This document shows, one piece after another, positions 27,972 through 38,735 of a DNA stretch of 64,000 nt. Location of the stretch: the NCBI GenBank assembly GCA_051880095.1, contig JBJENH010000106.1:85760-149759 (forward strand), in the 5' to 3' direction. Position 1 is the stretch's first letter. The number at the start of each line of letters is the position of its first letter. The notes beneath the pieces are model-generated. The model searched no databases, was not told where the DNA came from, and saw only the letters and a program-made list of their open reading frames with translations. Source of the stretch: Bariatricus sp. Its GTDB lineage: Bacteria; Bacillota; Clostridia; Lachnospirales; Lachnospiraceae. The position numbers and the translations under genes are program-made.

Positions 27972-29273
27972 ATGTCAACTTTTACAGATTTTTGGAAATT
28001 TATACAGGGAAAGCTCATGGGAGGGAAAACATATAATGTGACCTCAAAAGACATAACGGAATTTATAGATAAGCATGAATGGAATCGGTTAGCTCTGTAT
28101 GATTTTGCATTGCATTCCGGGATTAACATCATTGCAAATGCATTATCCGCCTGCGAGGTGAGAACATTTGAAAAGTGGGAAGAGGTTCAGAAAGACCAAT
28201 ATTACAAGTGGAATTTTGAACCAAACATCAACATGAATGCTGCGCAGTTCAAGCAGAAGCTGGTCTGGTCATTGATTTATAAAAATGAATGTCTGGTGAT
28301 TCAGACGGCGAAAGGAGATTTCCTGATTGCAGACAGTTATGAGCATGATCGCTACGCCTTGTACCAGGATGTTTTCCGGAATGTAACAGTATGCGCGGAT
28401 GATGGGAATGGTATTTATCATCCATATACGTTTAAAAAGACGTTTCGGATGGAGGATGTATTGTTTTATCGTCTGTCAAACCGGAACATCAGAGCGTTAC
28501 TGGACCAGCTCATTGAAGAGTATAACCAACTTCTCCAATCGGCCATTCAGAAGTTTTATAAATCCGGCGGAGAACGCGGTGTATTGGTTATTGATGCAAA
28601 TGCTCCAACTGCAAATTATGGAGTCAAAGCAGATGGGACACCTCGTAATTTCAACGATGTGTATACGGAGTTGATTAATAAGCAGTTTGCAACGTATTTT
28701 AAATCACCCAATGCCGTACTCCCGTTGTTCAAGGGATTTAATTACGAAACTAAAGGCGGGGAGGCTTCGAAGAAGTCAACGTCCGAGATAAAAGATGTCA
28801 CCGATATTACGAAGGAAGTGTATGACAAAGTTGGGAACGCCTTGCAGATACCACCTGCGCTATTAAGGGGTGATGTGGCAGATGTAGGAGCTATCACCAA
28901 AAACCTTATTACTTTTGCAATTGATCCGATTGCATCTGTGATCGAGACCGAGAACAATCGTAAGCTCTATCAAAAAGAAGTCCTTAATGGGACATACCAG
29001 ATGGTTGATACATCAACGATTATGCACATGACGGCAGCTGAGCTTGCGACAGCATCAGATAAAATGATTTCCTGCGGCGGGTGGAACATCGATGAAATTC
29101 GGAAGAAGGCAGGAGACGCACCGCTCAATACACCGTGGTCGAAAAAGCATTTCCTCACGAAAAATTATGATCAGATGAATGCATTGGAAGATAAGGGTGT
29201 CAATCCGCCAGACGATGGCGGCGACATAAATAATAAAAATAAAGGAGGACAAGATGGAAACAGTGAAACATAA
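27972..29273 (+). CDS. Portal protein (HK97-like)
   Basis: INIIANALS, PN.NMNA.QF, VG.ALQIPP.LL, WNIDEIR...G..P. Confidence 0.9.
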   Translation: MSTFTDFWKFIQGKLMGGKTYNVTSKDITEFIDKHEWNRLALYDFALHSGINIIANALSACEVRTFEKWEEVQKDQYYKWNFEPNINMNAAQFKQKLVWSLIYKNECLVIQTAKGDFLIADSYEHDRYALYQDVFRNVTVCADDGNGIYHPYTFKKTFRMEDVLFYRLSNRNIRALLDQLIEEYNQLLQSAIQKFYKSGGERGVLVIDANAPTANYGVKADGTPRNFNDVYTELINKQFATYFKSPNAVLPLFKGFNYETKGGEASKKSTSEIKDVTDITKEVYDKVGNALQIPPALLRGDVADVGAITKNLITFAIDPIASVIETENNRKLYQKEVLNGTYQMVDTSTIMHMTAAELATASDKMISCGGWNIDEIRKKAGDAPLNTPWSKKHFLTKNYDQMNALEDKGVNPPDDGGDINNKNKGGQDGNSET

Positions 29274-30042
29274 AACAAAGTACCGCTTCGAACAGCTGGC
29301 AGGAAATTCTTCAGCAGCACATAAATTGTATATCTACGATGAAGTCCGGGCACAAGGACCTTTCAACTGGGATACATGGAACTACGAAGAATCGGAAACT
29401 TCAGCAAAATATTTTCGAGATCAGTTAGATTCTATCCCGGACGGATCAACGATTGAACTGCACGTGAACAGCGTCGGCGGAGAAGTGGGCGAAGGTGTTA
29501 CAATCTACAATCTGTTGAGGCAGAAAGCGGAAGCAGGAAGCAAGCTGATCGGGTATGTGGATGGAATGGCTTACAGTGTTGCGATGGATATCATCATGGC
29601 CTGTGATGAGATTCACATGGGTCTTGGAACATCCATGTTCCTCCATAACCCGTGGACAAGAGCACAGGGCAATGCAAATCAGCTCCGGTCTATGGCAGAT
29701 CAGCTGGATGCGCTTACTGACGCATCGGTCCAGCTGTACATGTCAAGGTCAAAGAATCTGACAGAGGAATCTCTGCGTCAGATGATGGAAAAAGAAACCA
29801 TGCTTGCTCCGGACACTTGTCTTGGGTATGGATTCTGTGATTATGTTGGAGAACAGAAAACTTGTGAACCCGACGACGATCTGGATGATCCAGACGACCC
29901 GGACGAGGATTGCAAAAAGCAGATCAAAGAACTGCAGCAGCAGTTGTTTCAGCAGAAACAGATTAACCAGATGCTTCAGAGGGTGAACAAGCCTTCTATG
30001 CAGAATACATTTTTAGAAACTTTAAAACAGTTGTCAGAATAA
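29254..30042 (+). CDS. ClpP-type prohead protease
   Basis: VNSVGGEV, DGMAYS, MFLHNPW, MEKETML..GFCD. Confidence 0.9.
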   Translation: METVKHKTKYRFEQLAGNSSAAHKLYIYDEVRAQGPFNWDTWNYEESETSAKYFRDQLDSIPDGSTIELHVNSVGGEVGEGVTIYNLLRQKAEAGSKLIGYVDGMAYSVAMDIIMACDEIHMGLGTSMFLHNPWTRAQGNANQLRSMADQLDALTDASVQLYMSRSKNLTEESLRQMMEKETMLAPDTCLGYGFCDYVGEQKTCEPDDDLDDPDDPDEDCKKQIKELQQQLFQQKQINQMLQRVNKPSMQNTFLETLKQLSE

Positions 30043-30054
30043 GGAGAATCAGAG

Positions 30055-31263
30055 ATGGCGATGAAAAACAACGATTTAGTAAATCAGGAATCAAAGAAAT
30101 TTATGCAGAAGATGGTAGAAGCGTTGCAGAACAATGATGCGGAAGCGGCAGCGAAAGCAATGCAGGAAATGCAGAACGGAATCTGCGGTATTATTGAGCA
30201 GGAATTTGAACAGTACAAAGGAGTCGGCGACATGGAAGTGCTGCAGAGTCGTGGGCTTCGCAAGCTGACATCCGAGGAAACAGACTGGTATCAGAAATTC
30301 ATCGGTGCAGTAAAGACTGGTGCGAAACAGGAGATTACCAACCTTACAGCAGCAATGCCGGTTACGATTATTGACCGTGTAATCGATGATATGAAAAAGA
30401 ATCATCCGTTACTGAATGCGATCAATATCCAGGATGCGGCAGGTGCTATTAAGCTCGTAATGAACGGAGTACAGATGGCATCCAAGCTTGGCGGTTGGGG
30501 AAAGATCACCAGCGAAATCAGCAAGGAACTGAAAGGCCAGATCAAGATCATCGATGTGACCATTGCGAAATATACAGCATACTTCATTATCCCGAAAGAT
30601 TTTGTGAAATTTAACTTTACATTTGCACCGATGTGGGTTGACCAGTATATCCGTATCATCCTGTCAGAGTCAATCGCGTTCGGTCTGGAAAAGACGATCA
30701 TTTCCGGAGACGGATCTGATCAGTTTATCGGAATGACGATGGATCTTAGCTCAAACCAGGAAGGCGTATACTCTGCGAAGGAGCCGACGAAAATTACGAA
30801 CTTCGATGAAGACTATGCTGCAGTTGTTGCAAAGCTTGCAAAAGATCCTGATGGCGATGACAGAATGGTTCCGGAAGTGTTGCTTGTAGTAAATCCACAG
30901 GATTATATTAAAAAGATCCGCAGAATTCAGAATACATTAATTTACGGCACCGGAGCGATCGATCTGATCAATAACACATATCCGACAAAAGTGGTTCAGT
31001 CTTCTATGATGCCGGAAGGAAAAGCGTCCGCAGGAATTGCTAGAAACTACTTCGCCGCAATCAATGGTGGTACATCAGGAATCATTGAGTTTGATGATTC
31101 TAATCAGTTCCTGGAAGACAATCGTATCTATACAACACGTGTATACGGAAACGGTAGACCGACTGATAATACAAGCTTTGTATATCTTGATATCTCAGAA
31201 GTAGAAGCACCGGCGCTTCCGGTTCTTATTAAGGGTGGAAGTGTTACTACGAAGACTGCTTAA
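30055..31263 (+). CDS. Major capsid protein (HK97 fold)
   Basis: Coiled-coil N-terminus, MPVTIIDRVIDD, I.SGDG..Q..G, GNGRP.DN; follows the protease. Confidence 0.88.
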   Translation: MAMKNNDLVNQESKKFMQKMVEALQNNDAEAAAKAMQEMQNGICGIIEQEFEQYKGVGDMEVLQSRGLRKLTSEETDWYQKFIGAVKTGAKQEITNLTAAMPVTIIDRVIDDMKKNHPLLNAINIQDAAGAIKLVMNGVQMASKLGGWGKITSEISKELKGQIKIIDVTIAKYTAYFIIPKDFVKFNFTFAPMWVDQYIRIILSESIAFGLEKTIISGDGSDQFIGMTMDLSSNQEGVYSAKEPTKITNFDEDYAAVVAKLAKDPDGDDRMVPEVLLVVNPQDYIKKIRRIQNTLIYGTGAIDLINNTYPTKVVQSSMMPEGKASAGIARNYFAAINGGTSGIIEFDDSNQFLEDNRIYTTRVYGNGRPTDNTSFVYLDISEVEAPALPVLIKGGSVTTKTA

Positions 31264-31291
31264 TTTGATCAGGAAAGGATGATGTGAGAGT

Positions 31292-31603
31292 ATGCAAAAT
31301 GTAGCAGATGATGTATATCAGATGATTCTTGATAATTTGCATATTACCTACATTCCAGACAATTCAACGGAAAGACGGCTGAGAAATGAGATATTAGCAG
31401 GGATTGCATACATTCAAAAGTATTGCGATCCCTCTGCTGATTGTAGGCCAGGGACCGCATCGGGGCAGTTGTTATGTGAGTATGTCCTTCGCGCAGAGTC
31501 CGGAGACTTAGAGACTTTCAAAAACGATTTTTCGGATGAGATTACCGGAGCGAAAATAACGCTTGACACAGATCGATATGCGGAGGCGATGGGATATGCT
31601 TAA
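31292..31603 (+). CDS. Head-tail connector/adaptor
   Basis: ~100-aa ORF after capsid; LL.EYV pattern. Confidence 0.65.
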   Translation: MQNVADDVYQMILDNLHITYIPDNSTERRLRNEILAGIAYIQKYCDPSADCRPGTASGQLLCEYVLRAESGDLETFKNDFSDEITGAKITLDTDRYAEAMGYA

Positions 31604-31934
31604 AAGAAAGAAAAGTAAACATCAGACATATCAGGATGGATGGGGAACTTCATGGATCACAGCCGATCGAAGGCTGGTGTCTATAAGGCAGAATATCGTA
31701 CACTTTCAGGAGCAGACTGTTGGAGAAAGAAGATACTGGGATGCTTATGTTGCAGGAACAGAAATTAAACGTGCGGTAAAAGTGCCGTATGAGTCCGCTG
31801 TAGAACAGGGGGATATCTTTGTTATCGAAGGAAAACAGTATGTTGTAGAGCAAATGGATTTGAAAGATGATAAGCTCCCTGTTTCATGGCTGCTGTCACT
31901 TTCTGCGAACCCGATCGAATACAGAAAGAAGTGA
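31596..31934 (+). CDS. Head closure protein
   Basis: Synteny; beta-rich 112-aa ORF. Confidence 0.6.
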   Translation: MLKRKKSKHQTYQDGWGTSWITADRRLVSIRQNIVHFQEQTVGERRYWDAYVAGTEIKRAVKVPYESAVEQGDIFVIEGKQYVVEQMDLKDDKLPVSWLLSLSANPIEYRKK

Positions 31935-31938
31935 GAAT

Positions 31939-32325
31939 GTGGCAAGTAATCAAGTAAAAGTCAGCATTGATGGATTTGGTGATGCAATACGCAACGCTCT
32001 GGACGAGACTAAAAAACTTACAGAGGATGCGCTTATTGAATCATCTGATAAAACCGCAAAAGAAACTGTAAAGAAAATAAAGGGAGCTGCCCCGTCTAAA
32101 ACCGGAAAATATGGAAAAGGTTGGACGTCAAAAGTAACGACGCAGGCGGGACGCGGAAGATACGGAAGAACCGTATACAATAGGACGAGGTATATGCTTG
32201 CGCATTTGCTTCAGAACGGACATGGAGGGCCGCGGCCGGCCGGAGCGCATCCGCATATTCCGTCCGATGAAGAGACAGAGGCACTCTTTGAAAAGAATCT
32301 GGAAAGTGAGATGAATAAAGGATGA
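31939..32325 (+). CDS. HK97 gp10-like tail completion/neck protein
   Basis: AP..TGKY.KGW, Y.LAHLL.NGH, A.PHI. Confidence 0.75.
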   Translation: MASNQVKVSIDGFGDAIRNALDETKKLTEDALIESSDKTAKETVKKIKGAAPSKTGKYGKGWTSKVTTQAGRGRYGRTVYNRTRYMLAHLLQNGHGGPRPAGAHPHIPSDEETEALFEKNLESEMNKG

Positions 32326-32651
32326 CAAGTGAAGAAGTAAAAAATATGTGTAGAAAAATGAGAATTCCGTTTGATGAGAATCACCCCGATCATATTTCTA
32401 CAGATAAATTAAGCACGTTATCGCCGCCATTCATGGAATACATCCTGACAAATAATCCAGTATACGCCGATGGAGTCAGATATATCGATATCAAGGATTT
32501 GTCTATTCGCATCTATTCTGACACAGAAGTATCGGAATTCGAGGCAGATGTGCAGCGAGTTTTGGAAGAAGAGGATATTAGATGGAAGCGGTCATCGGAG
32601 TTCGTCGAGGATATTATGATGTGGGCGATAGTGTATAAGATGGAGGTATAA
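32322..32651 (+). CDS. Tail terminator-like protein
   Basis: Synteny before the major tail protein; PPFMEY..ADG. Confidence 0.6.
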   Translation: MTSEEVKNMCRKMRIPFDENHPDHISTDKLSTLSPPFMEYILTNNPVYADGVRYIDIKDLSIRIYSDTEVSEFEADVQRVLEEEDIRWKRSSEFVEDIMMWAIVYKMEV

Positions 32652-32654
32652 GCA

Positions 32655-33260
32655 ATGAAAAAAAATAAATATCATTATGACGTAAAGAACTGCCATTATT
32701 GTCCGGGAACGCGGAATGATGATGGTTCAGTTACATTTGAAAGTACAGTAAAACCGCTTTATGGATTGCAGTCTATGGAAATGAGTGCAGAAGGAGATAC
32801 ATCAAAGATTCGTGCAGATGGACTTGATTATATCGTTATTACATCTAATAACGGATACGGCGGAGCATTTAAATTTGTGAAGGTAGATGATCAGTTTAAA
32901 GTGGACTGTCTGAGTGAAGTAGTAGATGAAATAACTGGCATCCAGTACGAAGATGCAGATGCGGATCCAAGACCGTTTGCTGTAATGGGAGAATTCAAAG
33001 GAGATATGGAAGGAATCCGATGGATCTACTATAACTGTGTTGCTTCAAGACCGAAACAGGCAGGAGATAATAAGGATAATCAGAAAGAGCCGGATACAGA
33101 AGAACTGTCAGTTACAGCATCGCCACTTCCGGTAGAGATTAACGGAGAAGACAAAAATATTGTGCGTGGCGGCATCACGAAGAGTATGGATGAAACTACT
33201 TATGCAGAATGGTTTAAACAGGTATGCATCCCTGGAAAACAGATTTCTGCAAGCGCGTAG
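32655..33260 (+). CDS. Major tail protein (phi13-like)
   Basis: Y.VKN.HY, ADG..Y..SNNGY.G, FA.MGEF.GD, YNC.ASRP. Confidence 0.88.
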   Translation: MKKNKYHYDVKNCHYCPGTRNDDGSVTFESTVKPLYGLQSMEMSAEGDTSKIRADGLDYIVITSNNGYGGAFKFVKVDDQFKVDCLSEVVDEITGIQYEDADADPRPFAVMGEFKGDMEGIRWIYYNCVASRPKQAGDNKDNQKEPDTEELSVTASPLPVEINGEDKNIVRGGITKSMDETTYAEWFKQVCIPGKQISASA

Positions 33261-33270
33261 GAGGTAAGTA

Positions 33271-33848
33271 ATGGAAAAGATCATAGAAGTTGAGGAAGAC
33301 AGAAGTCTTAATTTTAAGGCATCTGCCTTTTCTCCTATCATGTACAATCGTCTCTTTCCGGGACGTGATTATTTAAAGGATATGGAGGCGCTGAAGTGTG
33401 CGAATGATAAAGAGGAAAAAACCTTTGAGATGTCAGACTATGAGCATTTCACACGAATCGCATACTTATTTGCGTACCAGGGGCTTGCCCCGTCACCGAG
33501 AACGACTCCGGAGCAGAAAGCATTTTTAGAGAAGTATCCGAGTGCATGGGACTGGATTGATTCTTTCAATACATTTTCCATCTATGAAATTCTTCCGGAA
33601 ATCATGGAACTCTGGTACCAGAATGAGAAAAAGGTATCCGAGGGAAAAAATCCGGTACCCGCACCACCCGTGAAGTAAATGCAATGACCTATTTGCTGAG
33701 ATGCAAACAGCTGGGATTGTCTCTTGATGAATTGGATTATCTCAGCTGTGGGATGGTGTGGGACATGCTGACAGAGCGAGAAAATGATAACTATGATTAT
33801 CCGATCGTTGCGAGTCAGGAACAGTTTAATGAGTTTTTAGGATTATAG
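33271..33848 (+). CDS. Tail assembly chaperone (33271-33678) with -1 frameshift extension to 33848
   Basis: Slippery G GGA AAA at 33642-33648; -1 frame stays open (LRCKQLGLSLDELDYLSCGMVWDML...) to TAG at 33846-33848. Confidence 0.75.
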
Positions 33849-33864
33849 GGGGGAGGTGACAGCG

Positions 33865-36573
33865 ATGGCGAATGGACGTATCAAGGGAATTACGATTGAA
33901 ATTGATGGAAGCACTACAGGTCTTGACAAGGCACTGAAATCTACGGAATCGAATATTTCAAGCGTTCAGCGTTCTCTGAAAGATGTGAATCGTCTTCTGA
34001 AAATAGATCCTTCTAACACAGAACTGTTATCTCAGAAGCAGAAGCTCTTATCGCATGCCGTTGAGGAAACGAAGCAGAAGCTTGAAATGGAAAAAGAAGC
34101 GCTCAGACAGGCCGCAGAGCAGAACGTTCCCTCCGACAAAATGGATGCTTTGAAGAGGGAAGTCATCGCAACTACTCAGGAGTTGAAGGAACTAGAAAAA
34201 CAAGCAAAAAATGCAAGTTCCGTTCTTGGTACACAACTGCAAGAGGCTGGTAAAAAAATATCAAAAGTAGGCGAAGAGGTTACGAGTGCGGGAAAAAAAC
34301 TACTACCTGTTACGGCGGCAGTTACTGGCATCGGAACGGCAGCAGTAAAAACGGCAGCAGATTTCGAGAGTTCAATGTCGCAAGTGCAAGCTACGATGGG
34401 AATTACGAAGGACTCTATGTCTAGTGTTGATGGCCAGACTGTAAACACAATGGATACATTGTCGGCACTTGCAAAAAAGATGGGAGAAGAAACTGCATTT
34501 TCTGCAAGCGAGTGCGCGGAGGCTTTAAATTATCTTGCCCTTGCCGGATATGATACACAGCAAATGTGCGATACCCTTCCAACAGTACTTAACTTGGCGG
34601 CAGCTGGAGGAATAGATCTCGCATCGGCATCGGATATGGTAACAGACGCAATGTCTGCATTAGGAATGGGGGTCAATGAATCTGAGAAGATGGTAGATCA
34701 GATGTCTAAAACCGCATCTACTACCAATACATCTGTGGCTCAGCTTGGAGAAGGAATTCTAACGATTGGAGCAACGGCAAAATCCATTAAAGGAGGAACG
34801 GCTGAATTAAATACAGCGCTTGGAATTCTGGCAAACAATGGAATCAAAGGCGCAGAGGGTGGAACGCACCTTCGAAATGTAATATTGTCACTGCAAAATC
34901 CGACTGACACCGCGGCTGGGTGCTTAGAAAAATTAGGTGTATCCGTATATGATTCCGAAGGAAACATGAGATCTCTCAACGACATACTCGGAGATCTTAA
35001 TGCAAGCATGGATGGCATGACATCGGAAGAAAAGTCAAACATCATAGGAAAAATATTCAACAAAACAGATTTATCTTCTGTGAATGCTTTGCTCGCAAAC
35101 ACAGGAGAAACGTGGGACAACCTGCAAGGATCTATTGAAAACAGTGCTGGTGCTGCACAACAGATGGCGGATACGCAGCTTGATAATTTGAATGGTCAAA
35201 TTACAATTCTTAAGTCTGCCGTAGAAGGTGCTGCTATTTCTATTGGAGAGGTATTAGTGCCAATTATAAAAGAAATCGTTCAGAAAGTTCAAGAATGGAC
35301 GGATAAATTCAATGGATTAAGTGATGAGCAGAAAAGAATTATAGTTATCATTGGAGCTGTTGCGGCTGCGATCGGCCCAATTCTTATAGTGATAGGAACA
35401 TTGATATCGGCTATTGGAACTATAACAAGCGCAACCGGATTACTTATGTCATCGGGACTATTGCCAATTATTGGAGTGGTGGCCGGAGTGGTGGCCGCAG
35501 GCGTTCTTCTGTATAAGAACTGGGATACCATCAAAGAAAAGGCTGGTCAGTTGAAGGAAAACGTTATCAATAAATTCAGTGAACTGAAACAAGGTGCGTC
35601 AGAAAAATTAGAGTCTATGAAAGCAGACGCGAACGAAAAATGGGACAGCATGACAAATACTGTGACAGAAAAGCTTTCCAGCATGAAACAGAGCGCGGCT
35701 TCGAAATATTCTGAAATAAAGCAGAAAGCAAAAGATTCATGGAGCGGAATGAAACAGGATATGTCGGCTAAACTTTCAGAGATGAAGGCAAGCTACGATA
35801 CGCATGGTGGAGGACTTAAAGGTGCTGTATCAGCGACACTCACCGGAATCCACGGTCTGTATTCCGCGAAATATAATGCAATTGACACATTGACTGGTGG
35901 AAAGCTATCTGCAATTTCATCCAAATTTTCAACTAATATGCAAAACGCAAAGGCTTCTGTATCGAGTATGTTAGCCAATATTAGTAGCTCGTTTAATAGC
36001 GGATTATCCGGTGCGCTTTCAACGGCGTCCAGCAAACTTGGAAGTATCGGAAATAAATTTACTTCCACAATGTCAAATGCAAGAAAAGCGGTTTCCGATG
36101 CGATCAGCAATATCCGGAGTAAATTTAATTTCTCATGGAGCCTTCCGAAGCTGAAACTCCCGCATATTTCAATTAGTGGAAAATTCAGCATAAACCCTCC
36201 GTCGGTTCCAAAATTCGGAATCAGCTGGTACAAAAAAGCAATGGAATCTGCAATGATCATGACAGGTCCGACAGCGTTTGGATATGACGCAAAGACAAAC
36301 AGTTTATTAGCTGGAGGAGAAGCGGGAAATGAAGTACTGACAGGAGAGGGGCATCTTGTAGATTTGATTGATAACGCTGTTGGAAACTGGTATTCAAGAA
36401 TCGGATATCAGCTCGACATCCTCAGCTCGATTGTGCAGCAATATTTTCCGCGTGTACTCGAAAACATGGATCGGGATATCGTGCTTGATGACGGAACGTT
36501 AGTGGGAAAGATGGCACATAGAATGGATACAGAACTGGGGATCATTGCCAGTCACAAAGGAAGGGGGAATTGA
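33865..36573 (+). CDS. Tape measure protein (TP901 family)
   Basis: IKGITIEIDG N-terminus, ADFESSMSQV, T.FSA.E.AEA..YLALAG, GI.G.E.GT.LRN. Confidence 0.92.
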   Translation: MANGRIKGITIEIDGSTTGLDKALKSTESNISSVQRSLKDVNRLLKIDPSNTELLSQKQKLLSHAVEETKQKLEMEKEALRQAAEQNVPSDKMDALKREVIATTQELKELEKQAKNASSVLGTQLQEAGKKISKVGEEVTSAGKKLLPVTAAVTGIGTAAVKTAADFESSMSQVQATMGITKDSMSSVDGQTVNTMDTLSALAKKMGEETAFSASECAEALNYLALAGYDTQQMCDTLPTVLNLAAAGGIDLASASDMVTDAMSALGMGVNESEKMVDQMSKTASTTNTSVAQLGEGILTIGATAKSIKGGTAELNTALGILANNGIKGAEGGTHLRNVILSLQNPTDTAAGCLEKLGVSVYDSEGNMRSLNDILGDLNASMDGMTSEEKSNIIGKIFNKTDLSSVNALLANTGETWDNLQGSIENSAGAAQQMADTQLDNLNGQITILKSAVEGAAISIGEVLVPIIKEIVQKVQEWTDKFNGLSDEQKRIIVIIGAVAAAIGPILIVIGTLISAIGTITSATGLLMSSGLLPIIGVVAGVVAAGVLLYKNWDTIKEKAGQLKENVINKFSELKQGASEKLESMKADANEKWDSMTNTVTEKLSSMKQSAASKYSEIKQKAKDSWSGMKQDMSAKLSEMKASYDTHGGGLKGAVSATLTGIHGLYSAKYNAIDTLTGGKLSAISSKFSTNMQNAKASVSSMLANISSSFNSGLSGALSTASSKLGSIGNKFTSTMSNARKAVSDAISNIRSKFNFSWSLPKLKLPHISISGKFSINPPSVPKFGISWYKKAMESAMIMTGPTAFGYDAKTNSLLAGGEAGNEVLTGEGHLVDLIDNAVGNWYSRIGYQLDILSSIVQQYFPRVLENMDRDIVLDDGTLVGKMAHRMDTELGIIASHKGRGN

Positions 36574-36576
36574 TAA

Positions 36577-37290
36577 ATGGTCTACGGAGTAACATTCGGA
36601 GATAAACATTCGTTTAATGATTGGAAATTGTTATTGAATGAAAGACCTAAAATCAGTCCTCCCGTCCCAAAGACGAACTACTTCGATATTCCCGGAGGAG
36701 ATGGGCATTTGGATTTCACGGAATCGTTGACAGGAGAAGTGAAATACGAAGCAAGAGAGATGGAATTTGTTTTCGTGACGCTGAAAGCAAGGAAGCAGTG
36801 GACAGACTTGTATTCGGACATTCTTGATTATCTACATGGACAGGAAATGAAGATTATTCTCGATGAAAACCCGGATTATTACTATATCGGAAGGGTGTCT
36901 GTAAATGAATGGAAATCATCAGAAAAGTATTCTACGATTGTGATCAATGCAAAAGTAGATCCATACAAATACGAATTGTTTAGTTCTCTGGATGATTGGG
37001 AGTGGGATAAATTCAATTTTGAATCAGGAGTAATCAGAGAATATCAAGATATCAGAGTAGATGAAAGTTTAGATTTCACGATAAATGGCACAAGAAAATC
37101 TGTTGTTCCGACTTTCATCGTGAAGTCAGATGACGGAACGGGGATGAATGTTGAATTTGAAGACGTTGTTTATGAGATGAGCGATGGAGAAAATAGAATT
37201 CTGTATATCATCATTAAAGATGGAGAAAACACCTTGCATTTTGTTGGAAATGGAACGGTGTCGATTGATTACAGAGGGGGAAGACTTTAG
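36577..37290 (+). CDS. Distal tail protein (Dit-like)
   Basis: Follows TMP; FGDKHS..DW, IPG.DG.LD. Confidence 0.75.
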   Translation: MVYGVTFGDKHSFNDWKLLLNERPKISPPVPKTNYFDIPGGDGHLDFTESLTGEVKYEAREMEFVFVTLKARKQWTDLYSDILDYLHGQEMKIILDENPDYYYIGRVSVNEWKSSEKYSTIVINAKVDPYKYELFSSLDDWEWDKFNFESGVIREYQDIRVDESLDFTINGTRKSVVPTFIVKSDDGTGMNVEFEDVVYEMSDGENRILYIIIKDGENTLHFVGNGTVSIDYRGGRL

Positions 37291-38730
37291 ATGTACACGG
37301 TATATATTGATGATAAAGTAGCGTATTCACCGCTTCTTGCAAATGAAGGTTATTCGATAATGGCCGGGAAGGTAATTACCGAATTAAACAAATCCGGGTC
37401 ATTTGAGTTTTCATTCCCACCTGACAATGTAATGTACGATGATGTTCAGAAATTGAAGTCCATAGTAAGAGTTGTAAGTAGTGACAAGCCTGCGTATGTC
37501 CTGAAAAACGCGGAGAAGACATATGAAACATCGAAAACATCTATCCCGACAACTGTCATATATAGGACAGCGGTAATAGATGATGAAACAGGGGAAATCA
37601 CTCTGGATGATGCATTGAATGCTGATGGTACAAGCACATACGAAATTTACAGTAATTATAAAACATATAGTTACTTTTACGGTGATCGCGCAGATGGAAA
37701 ACAGGATAATAAGGTATATAAGTTCACAAGTATTTCAAGGACGACATCTGGATCATCGGGTGGTATTACAATTGCTTTTTACAGTTACACTTATTATCTA
37801 CAGGAGGCAGAGAAAGTCGCACTGGAATCTGAAATATTCATGGGCAGAGTGCTGCATGATAAAAAAGGCTTCTATAAAAGCAAAGAAGTTTATTGCGAGG
37901 GGCAGCTGGCGTTTCTTCTGGATTCCGTGCAAAGGCCATATTTGTTTCAAGGAGATGTGCCCGAATTGTTCTCACAGTTCATTAGTAATCACAATGATCA
38001 AGTTGATTCATGGAAACAGTTTCGAGTTGGGAATGTCACTGTAACTGATCCAAATGATTATATTAATCGCGAATCATCGCAGTACCCAAATACTTTTGAT
38101 GAGATGCAGGCGAAGTTAGTAGATCTGCTTGGGGGATACATAGTACCCAGACTACAAAATGGTGTCAGATATATTGATTACCTAGAGGAGCCAGGCAAAA
38201 GAAATTCACAGGTTATTGAATTTGGAAAGAATTTGCTCGATATAACAGAATATATCACAGCAGAGGATGTATTCACTGTCTTAATTCCACTCGGAGCGAA
38301 AATAAAAGATGAAGAAGGGAACGAGACTGGAAGACTGACCATAGAGTCCGTGAATGACGGGAAGGATTACATTGAGAGCGAACTTGGGATATCGCTCTTC
38401 GGAAGAATTGTAAGAACAAAGGAATGGGATGATATAACGATTGCCGACAATCTACTGAGAGCGGGAAATGCACATCTGGAATCTGCTATTGAAATGGCTG
38501 TAAGTATAGTGATAAAAGCTTATGACTTGCATATTGCAGATGTTGAAGCGGAGCTTATTTGCGTGGGTGATGATGTAAGAGTTATATCACCTCCGCACGG
38601 AATTGATGCGTTCTTTCGATGCACCCGGATTGAGCTTGACTTGTTGGAACCAGGAAATTCGGTGTATACGTTCGGATTCTCATTTACGACACTTACAGAG
38701 CAATTGCACAAAGCATTAAAGAGAGGATGA
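37291..38730 (+). CDS. Tail-associated/baseplate hub protein (Tal-like) with an inserted domain
   Basis: ELNKSGSF.F, F.GRV, CEG.LAFL.DS, I.FGKNLLD; ~110-aa extra segment near the N-terminus. Confidence 0.75.
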   Translation: MYTVYIDDKVAYSPLLANEGYSIMAGKVITELNKSGSFEFSFPPDNVMYDDVQKLKSIVRVVSSDKPAYVLKNAEKTYETSKTSIPTTVIYRTAVIDDETGEITLDDALNADGTSTYEIYSNYKTYSYFYGDRADGKQDNKVYKFTSISRTTSGSSGGITIAFYSYTYYLQEAEKVALESEIFMGRVLHDKKGFYKSKEVYCEGQLAFLLDSVQRPYLFQGDVPELFSQFISNHNDQVDSWKQFRVGNVTVTDPNDYINRESSQYPNTFDEMQAKLVDLLGGYIVPRLQNGVRYIDYLEEPGKRNSQVIEFGKNLLDITEYITAEDVFTVLIPLGAKIKDEEGNETGRLTIESVNDGKDYIESELGISLFGRIVRTKEWDDITIADNLLRAGNAHLESAIEMAVSIVIKAYDLHIADVEAELICVGDDVRVISPPHGIDAFFRCTRIELDLLEPGNSVYTFGFSFTTLTEQLHKALKRG

Positions 38731-38735
38731 TATAG

